Assembly (NCBI GenBank): GCA_040954595.2
Contig: CM082583.2
Location: forward strand, 10,367,656 to 10,431,655
Reading direction: 5' to 3'
Source of the DNA: Balanoglossus misakiensis
Lineage: Eukaryota; Animalia; Hemichordata
Length of the DNA stretch: 64,000 nt
Below, one piece after another: positions 55,801-64,000 of this stretch; position 1 is the first letter of the stretch; the number at the start of each line of letters is the position of its first letter. Position numbers and translations under genes: made by a program. The notes beneath the pieces were generated by a model. That model did no database searches. It saw only the letters and a program-made list of their open reading frames with translations, and was not told the DNA's origin.

Positions 55801-57791
55801 AGGACCTCATCAAAACAATCAGTATGTACATGGATTTTCATTATGTTCAAAATATGAACGATGTATCAATAAATAACATGCTTTCTCATAGATATAACAC
55901 ATGACACACTCAATCAATAGGGAGTATACCACAGACTCATATGGCATTAGTGTCATAACAGACAACTTATACATTCTTAGCAGAAGAGTATGGATGTATT
56001 ACTGCCCTTTTTACTTACCAATATTTTTGATGCAAAATGTTACAGGAACCACTTTAGAATGGGAAACATTTGAACAGTACTGTGTGTGGCAATTGTTGAT
56101 CGCTCACGATGAAGTACCCATGGATCAGCTGACTGACTTGGCTCCTCAGCTTACTTACAAAGGTAACTTGTCACGATTTCTACATCTGTGCATATTAATC
56201 CATTCGTCACAAACCTCAAATGCAGTGGCTCTTTGTGACATATGTGAGTATCATTGGATTGCTGAAAAAATGAAACTTTGCATGACTTCTCCCTCCTCTA
56301 AGATATATTCCTTTCCTTACAGAGCATCCTGAGGCTCTCACAAGTCTACTACTTATGTTAAAAAATGAAAGGTAATGTTGAATGGTTGTTGTTTTTACAA
56401 ACATGGCAGTCAAGACAGTTTGAATAAAAAAATAACAATTCTATCCAGTTTCATTGTGCTTTGTGTAATTGTTTCATTTCAATGTTGACTTGCATTTTGA
56501 TTGTCACATTGATTTTCATGTTGACATCGGACAAGACTAATAGTTTGCATCTGGGTTTTTTCCAGTTCAACTTTTGATTTGCTGAGACCCATTTTGAGCA
56601 GACCAGTCGTAGAATTTGATAAATTTACAATCTCTATACTTTCCCACTGGGCCTTGCAAGATGACAAAGAATTTGCTGAACTCATGAAAACCATGATTTC
56701 GAAAGTCAGTACTGCTGCCAAACGACAGAGACAAAGGTAGGTGCAGTTTTATTTCCTTGTGTATGAAGTGTCTAAAAATACTCGCCTTTTGCTGTTTGTA
56801 GTTTTCACGACTTCAATGTAAACAGCATCAGAGTCAGGCTGAATTTTCCTAACTCCTGTGATTGTCTCTGATTCTTTTGTAGGGCGCAGAAACACCCATT
56901 GCCATCCGTTGACCAAGTTGCTGGTCATTTAGAAGCATTAAGATTAACACCTGTCACTAAACAGTGCAATTGTAAGTTATAAATTTCTGCAGATAATGAT
57001 ACCGTTTTGACCCATGACCTCAAAATTGGCTCATTAGCTGCTAGCTGGTACCATAAGGTCAAAGTTTTCATGGTTTCTCATACCTCATAACATATTGATG
57101 CTCTGTGAGTCTCAATGTGGTGTTAAAATAATAGTTTCATCTTGTGACATTCACTCAATTTTATCAGTTTTCAGCCAAGAAGCATTTTTGATTGGTCTCC
57201 AACTTCTACAAGGTGTTTGTGACGATTCTCAAAAGATGAAGTAAGTCTATTTGTCAAGTTGTCTCAGTGAACTCACCATTGCTGTGTATTCTGAAAAAAA
57301 CACACACACACACACACACAAAAACGATATGCTTGAAATTGTCCATAAGCGTCTTTGATGTTTGTTTCTACAGATATGGTGACCTGTTTGCACTGACAGA
57401 AGAACTTGGGGAAAGTTTCAGAACAACCAGAAGTAAACGGAAATCACCAGGTAGCTACAGCCCCAGGAGTGGTGGTACCACTGTCAGTACTAGTAGTACA
57501 AGTCGTCAGAAAACACCAGCGGCTGTTGAATCATCGTCATCTGACAGTGAGGTAAATGTCCTCTCTGTTGTAGTCTATTGTGTCACGCGTGTGTATTGCT
57601 ATGGCCTATACTCTCAAATTGATACGCTGTCATGTGTTGATTGTTCATCAGAGGTAGACTTCCTCCTCATCAGGAAATGTGGCATCATATGTGACTTTTT
57701 AAATATTTTTTTCCAGGATGAAGAACTTGTTCCACAGAGACCAACAAAGAAAAAGAAAAAAGTACCAGTTCAGGGTTCCGACAGTGACTGA
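49865..57791 (+). CDS. INTS3: Integrator complex subunit 3 (SOSS-A), multi-exon
   Basis: [150 protein letters not shown]-terminal KKKKK...GSDSD*. Confidence 0.97.
57301..57320. repeat. (CA)10 microsatellite in an INTS3 intron
   Basis: cacacacacacacacacaca seen directly. Confidence 0.95.
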
Positions 57792-60604
57792 AACTGCAGT
57801 GCGTTGGCTGATCTGATTGACGACTGCAGGGCTAGCGAGAACATAGAAAACAGCTGTATATCATTCATAAAACAATTAGGCATAATATGTTTATCAAACA
57901 TTGAATAGTTAGGCATAGTCTATACATCAGAAATTAAACAGTTACACACAATTTGTACTTTGAGTGCAAAACATGCTATTTTAAGATAAATTTTATGCCA
58001 AATGTTACAAATGATGTATTCAATGTTTTGCAAACTTTCATAAGAAATCATGTATTAAAGATTACCAGAAACGTTTTCTTGTTCATGTATATAAATATAA
58101 AATATTTTAGTCGAAGAAGATTGGTGTTGAGTGTTTTTTATGCCGTTAACCACTGATTCTGCAATCTCTGGTTCTATACTATAATTTACCAGCAAAGAAT
58201 GTTTTGGAAGAAACATGAACAAAAGTACACTGACAGTAATAAAACAACACATGTTCTTGAGACACAAAATACTTTATTTGCATAATAATGAGATTTTTCT
58301 ATTTTCACAATTCATTCATAAATACACATGTACATTATATATTCTGTAAATAACATAAAATTCATATACATATAAAAAACAGCAAAGGGCTATAAATTAA
58401 AAATTAAGTTATTTGGCACATACAAAATGGGTTTCATTGACAATAGAACATCACAAACTGTCAGCCATGGGTTGGTACATTATAATTTACAAAGGAAAGT
58501 AGTTTTTCAGGTGCATTGGAAATAGAAAGATACAATAGCGACATCATGGAAGTGTGAACTATGTGAAGGCCAGACCTTCAGAGTGCATGAGGAAGGGTGG
58601 GAAACTTTTTCAGAAATTTAAACTTTAAAAAACATTTCTTTTAATGAGTTTAAACACAGTGATATGGATCATATTTATTCAGCCTGTGCGTAAATCAGTA
58701 TTCCCACTTTGAATCAAAATTTGTATGAATATTATTAACTGAATTTACTGGGGACAGGTGTGTGAGGTAAATTTGTTTCTTTTGTTTTTTTAAGAAAGAA
58801 AAATGTGCTTTTGATATAATGAAGGTAAAAATTTACAAGCAGTAGAGGAAAGCAAAACCTGGCTACTCTATGAAATTGCACAAAACAGTGCACCACTGCA
58901 AATTTGATTTACATTAGCCCCATCAGTTTACAGCACAGTACAATACATAATGACAAGAACAGAGAGGTTTACAGCTGTGGGTTGATGCATCTATGTGCTA
59001 CACGGAATATTACAGCAGACAGATTCAAGACTTGCTGGGCATAGAATAGTGGAAACACTACATGAATTTCTCTGTAATAACTTATTGAGTTCAAATTGTC
59101 ACTTTCTTCTATTTTCTTTCTGTCAAAACAGTGGCCTGGAATTAAAGCCTTGTCAAACATGCATACAGACACACATCCATTAGCAATGCCAAGAATTCGA
59201 AATATTCATTTACATTTTCAGATCAGCTGCTAATTGTCTTTTAAACATTCTAATCAACCTCATCCCTTTTTTTTGGAAAGAAACACTGTAACTACATGTA
59301 TTGCACTGAGGGATGTGTGACACTAAACCTATTGGTACTGTTGGGTCATCAATACAACCACAGTCGCAGAGACAACAAAAGAATCTGGAGTAATCAACTA
59401 CTACTACAGACATAGAATTACAGCTGCTTGTCATTCCTTGCAAGATGGTAATCACCTTGGCTATGACCTTTGACCTAACTGCCACAATTCATGACCTTTA
59501 CTGCTGCAATTCAAAGAGACATGTCAACCTGAAAATGTGATGTAGATCCCCAGTGTACAACGGGTGTGGCAGTGAATTCAATTCACTCTTACCATTGTGA
59601 GAAAGAGGGCTAATAGAACTAAATATGTTCACACTTTCAAATATAATTGGATTTATCATCCAAAATTTTGAGTGTTCAATATTTACATAAGTTGACAGTT
59701 TGAGAAATTTTATGACAGTAACAAATTTGAACATACGCTGAAGTTTTTGTGCAGTTTAGTGGGTTTGTGAAGGATTTCATACTCCTCAAACACGAAATAT
59801 ACCATGAAGACCTCATCACATTTTACGCTGACACTAATTGGAAAGAGAGTGATAATGAGTTATGATTACAGCAGCTAATCAATACCAAGTGATGTGAAAC
59901 ATTGTCTCTATGCATCTCCACAGACCGAGGAGATTAGTCACACAACACACGACAAGAATACAGTTTCAACCGATGTCTAGGACGTTCCTCATCAGTCACA
60001 AATCAAAGCTCAAACTCTGCTGTGGCTTCATCAAGAATATCCCCGAGACAGCAAGTATTTAACACTCTACACCAATTATTTGACTGTTTAAAATCCAAAC
60101 CACTTTTTTTCTGAGAATTCTTGTAAATCAATCGTCATGAAATCAGAGCCTGCAGCCAGCATGTGACCTTTCACTGTTGACCCATGACCTCAGTAATGCC
60201 AATGTCTGCATTGGATCCACGACCAGCCACTGTCTTCAGACAATTATCAAGTACTTACTTTCATCACAATAAATAAGTAGGCGTACAGTCACAACACAAA
60301 TTACGGAAAGACTGATACGGCGCCAATTCATATGCTGAAAAATATTTTGCATATTTCATAAATATCTGATAGCACAGACGTGAGTTGTCTGTTTTCATAG
60401 AAATGTTTAAGGTACCAGACCTTAATTTTTTTTTCCAGTTTGCCAAATAGAAAGTAAGTTTTTGTGTTGTCTCTTGTGATGTTACATTTTTTGTACAAAA
60501 TAAATAAAGACAAGCTTTGACAGGATGGAAATTTGGAGACCAAAAGTTGTGATAATTGCTGTCTAGTACACGACAACAAAATCAGTGTCTTTCTGCTTGG
60601 TCAT

Positions 60605-63436
60605 TTAATGGCTTTTACTTCGTCTTTTCAAGGTGAACAGACCCTTTATTCGCTGCATCTTCTGCCGCTTTTTCGATCTCTTTTCCAACTCCAGAAGGGC
60701 AGCTTTTTCCTTTCTCCTAATCTCCCGGACAAGGGAATGGAACACATCATCAACAAAATGCCGGAGTGCAGCTGATGTCTCGAAAAATGGACAGCCAAAC
60801 TCCCTAGCTAAAGCTTCTCCTTCTTCTCTTGAAACCTGTTAAGAAGGTATAAAAGTACTCTTAGTTCATGTGCATTGAATCATTCACTTTTCCCATTTAG
60901 TCTCGTAAGGGTATGCTAGGCTATGTCAATTTTTGTGAAGAAGCAGGGATTTCCATGGGATAGCTTCCCACTAAGATTCCTTATATACATGTATGTATCA
61001 CAGTCTGAAAAGCAAGAAGCACATGCAATGAACAGAGAGAACAATATACTGAAATGTACAAGTCGTAATGCTTCATACCTTTCTCAGATGTTCCAAGTCA
61101 TATTTATTTCCAACTAATACAACTGGTATATCATCTGTCTTCCGAACACGTTCAATTAATTTTTTAAATTCTGCCGCTTCCTGAAAACTCCGCCTGTCGG
61201 TGATTGAGTAACATATAATAAAACCTTCTCCCTCTCTCATGTACTGGTCCCTCATTGCTGTAAATTCAGCCTGTAGACAAAACAAAAAAACAACACTGTT
61301 AAAAATCATTGAAATGACTATGCAAATACCTTGTCATTTGATCAGCACACAACATCCATATTGATAGCAATGGAATTTGAAAACAAATCAGACACTTAAA
61401 GACCAGATTCCAATGCACATGTAAACACTTATGTATCCACTCTGTACACAACAATATTCATTCCTGAGTATGGCAACTATCCCTATGACAATAGACCTGT
61501 ACATTTCTATGACATCTAGCACTGTCATCACTGTCATTATGGCCAATGACATTCTCATTATAACCATGAACAACCAGGGACACATCAGAATAATGACCAC
61601 TGTCTCTATGGTAAGATGATGCATACATTCCAGTGTAATTAAACCCCGCAACTAAAGATCACATTAACTCTGGCCAATATAATTACGGCCAATGACCTGT
61701 GTTTTCTAAACGCACATATTTCGCTCTGGCCAATAACCTGGACAATATCGATTATGGTTACTACTGCTGTGGTCAATGACCTGTGCATTCCAGCACCACA
61801 TTTATACCTCTATGAGTCATTTTATGGTATAGAGCTGTATTCACACCACCTATTGTAGCCATTGTCTCTACTAAACAGGTATTTCAAAAAAACACATTAA
61901 GCAGGTTCAAAGGTCATGTCTCAATCATATTGTGATTTTGCATAATACTACAGCAATGTACGGTAAAACTCACTGATCTTATTAAAAGTCTGCTGCTTTC
62001 TCAGTTTGACTTGAAACAGAGGGAAGTCAAGGCTGACCTTTGACCTACAGTGTTATTCCCAACATCAATTTACTCACATTCTTAGAATATTTTAACTGCT
62101 TAAAAAGAAAGATCTTCTTTGCCCTATCCTAGATGGACTTGAGAGACTGCTACATATGTTCATCATGTGAGAGGAATGGTTATGTGTAAATAAACTTTAT
62201 TTTGCAAGTATCAGTCACAAAATACCCTGGACTGAATTATATCACACAGCACTTCATGAATTCCAACAGAGATTAAACACCCACATAGTATTTGACATCC
62301 AAACAAAAACTACCAACATTCCATCTCAGTCATCTTAGAATAAATCTCACCAAACATTCAACATTTTCTTCGTGGTACTCCGTCCCACAAATCTATTGAG
62401 AAGTAGTCTCCATGGCAACAGCATTCTGCAACCCTTGATTTTGCAGTCTAGAATTGATTCTGCAGTCTGGAGTTAATGTCAAGAGTTCTTGTAGAGTTCT
62501 CATTATGTAATTCAGACACTATTGATCTCACTGTCTCCCCACTGCTGAACTGATTATAAAAGCAGAAGTGACACACCCTACAAATCACAGAAACTAACCT
62601 TAGTTTTCAGTTAGTTTTATATGGGTATAGTTCCTCATTGAAAGTTCACACAAATGTCAACAGAGTAGTACTCTTTTCCATGGTTCCTGTCTGTGATTTC
62701 AGTGAAAAATTCTGCTGTTTGTCCATTTTTGGGTGACGTTTTGATCATCAATTAATAGATGAGAATAGCCTCCCATATAAATGCAGGGTCTTGCGGAATT
62801 CAGAAAATGGTCTACTGCATCCATCTATATTGTATCTTACCTGCCCTGCTGTGTCGAGGATATCTAACAAGCCGGTTTCTCCATCAATTCGAACCTGCTG
62901 TTGATAAGCATCCTCTGTGAAGGAAATGGGATTTTTTACCAAAGGCAAGGGAAAATATAATTTGCAGCATTCTTTTTATGTTTTTTTTTCACTTTGAAAA
63001 AGAAAGTCATAAAATTCATCCCAAATGATAATTCATCACATGCACATATACAATTCTTTCAATAGTAACACACAGAGATATTTCACTACCTTGATCAAGC
63101 AATGACTATGTACAAAACTATGCAGACATGTTAGGAACGATAAACACCTGGGCATTATTATGCTGAAAAGAGCATGCTTGAATAGAGCATGGGAAGTTAA
63201 TAAGGACCCTGGATTTCTGTTAAAGCACTGGCAAGGATTTTCATTGCAGAATACAATAATATTATAATCCATAAATGTTGATCGGTCTTGAACGTTGACC
63301 TGTCTTGATAATTAACCCATGCATATGTGTACACCCATAGATAAGCCAAGGAGACAAGTTAAAGGTATGTCAAACTCACCTATTGTCGGGTCATGGTAAT
63401 CTATGAAACTGTGTGTTACAAACTGCATGGTCAAGG
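60605..63436 (-). CDS. RIT1: Ras-like GTPase of the Rit/Rin/Ric subfamily, 5'-partial (P-loop exon lies beyond the window). Exons 63436-63380, 62914-62841, 61270-61079, 60835-60605
   Basis: Rit-type effector loop [43 protein letters not shown]. The C-terminus is polybasic with no CAAX (...[25 protein letters not shown]). Probably co-orthologous to vertebrate RIT1/RIT2. Confidence 0.93.
61400..61870. repeat. Highly degenerate tandem/minisatellite-like tract in a RIT intron
   Basis: Recurrent motifs (a/c)tggccaatgac(ctgtg), cattccag, cactgtc(t/a) at irregular spacing. Confidence 0.5.
62406..62419. promoter_or_regulatory. RFX X-box-like palindrome in a RIT intron
   Basis: GTCTCCATGGCAAC fits the RFX X-box pattern. 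Function is not demonstrated. Confidence 0.3.
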
Positions 63437-64000
63437 CTGCAGAAAGAGAGAAAGAAAGAGGGGAAAAATGAAATATTTGTTTATGGGTAGAGATTGAATT
63501 AGCTTGATTACTATTTACTTTGGGTGGGGTTTAGTTGTTGGGTGGGACCCAATGAAGTCTGTTTCTCAATTTGCTCAGCCAAATAAATAAAGAATTTTTG
63601 GCAACGCCTGTGAGTAAACTGCAGGAAAATTTACATGTCAAAGAAAGTCATTAATAGGATTGTTGACGTTTTAAAATGTTTTGATTAAATCCTCGAAAAA
63701 AAAATCACAACATTATTCTGACAATTGTGAAATAATTTTAATGTTGATGCAAACAGACAGTCGATTGTGCAACGACACAGACTTCAATTTTCCAACCCTG
63801 GTCAACACATATTGGCAGACGGCCAAAATGCAGTTGTATGGCTGCGTGTGCATTAAATTGATAAAGCTGTGATTTGTATATCCTACAATTCACTCTGTGC
63901 CAGAACTGTATTATGCTTATGAAAAGAAACGGTAACAATCATTATCATATGTAAACATGCCGCAATTCTTAATGAAATTATGTTTCAGAGAATTCTAAAG

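Noticed and set aside
59464-62046. Two perfect DR1 motifs TGACCTTTGACCT (59464 and 62034)
   Set aside because: TGACCT variants recur throughout the window; no evidence of function without a background model.

Overview
Eukaryotic, intron-rich animal DNA (AT-rich, canonical GT-AG introns, gene set typical of a marine invertebrate deuterostome; species not determinable here). No prokaryotic features, CRISPR arrays, tRNA or rRNA were seen. Order: (A) 5'-truncated, very long coiled-coil gene on + (<1-9045) with a >4 kb exon; a 9-exon Spinster-like MFS transporter on + (10203-13103); (B) a second long coiled-coil gene on - (14747 to at least 35069, possibly to ~39560) that is an inverted paralog of A; a single-exon class A peptide-type GPCR on + (42139-43380); ALDH7A1 on - (44403-49486) head-to-head with INTS3 on + (49865-57791); and the 3' exons of a RIT-family GTPase on - (60605->63436). 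The most notable observation is the A/B pair. I cannot name the family. The two genes share nine exons of identical length and phase plus a 21-residue repeat, but differ in repeat-exon size (>4016 vs 563 nt), CpG content, candidate microexons and candidate alternative first exons. Two foldback/MITE-like elements are also present. All exon boundaries were read by eye and need transcript support.
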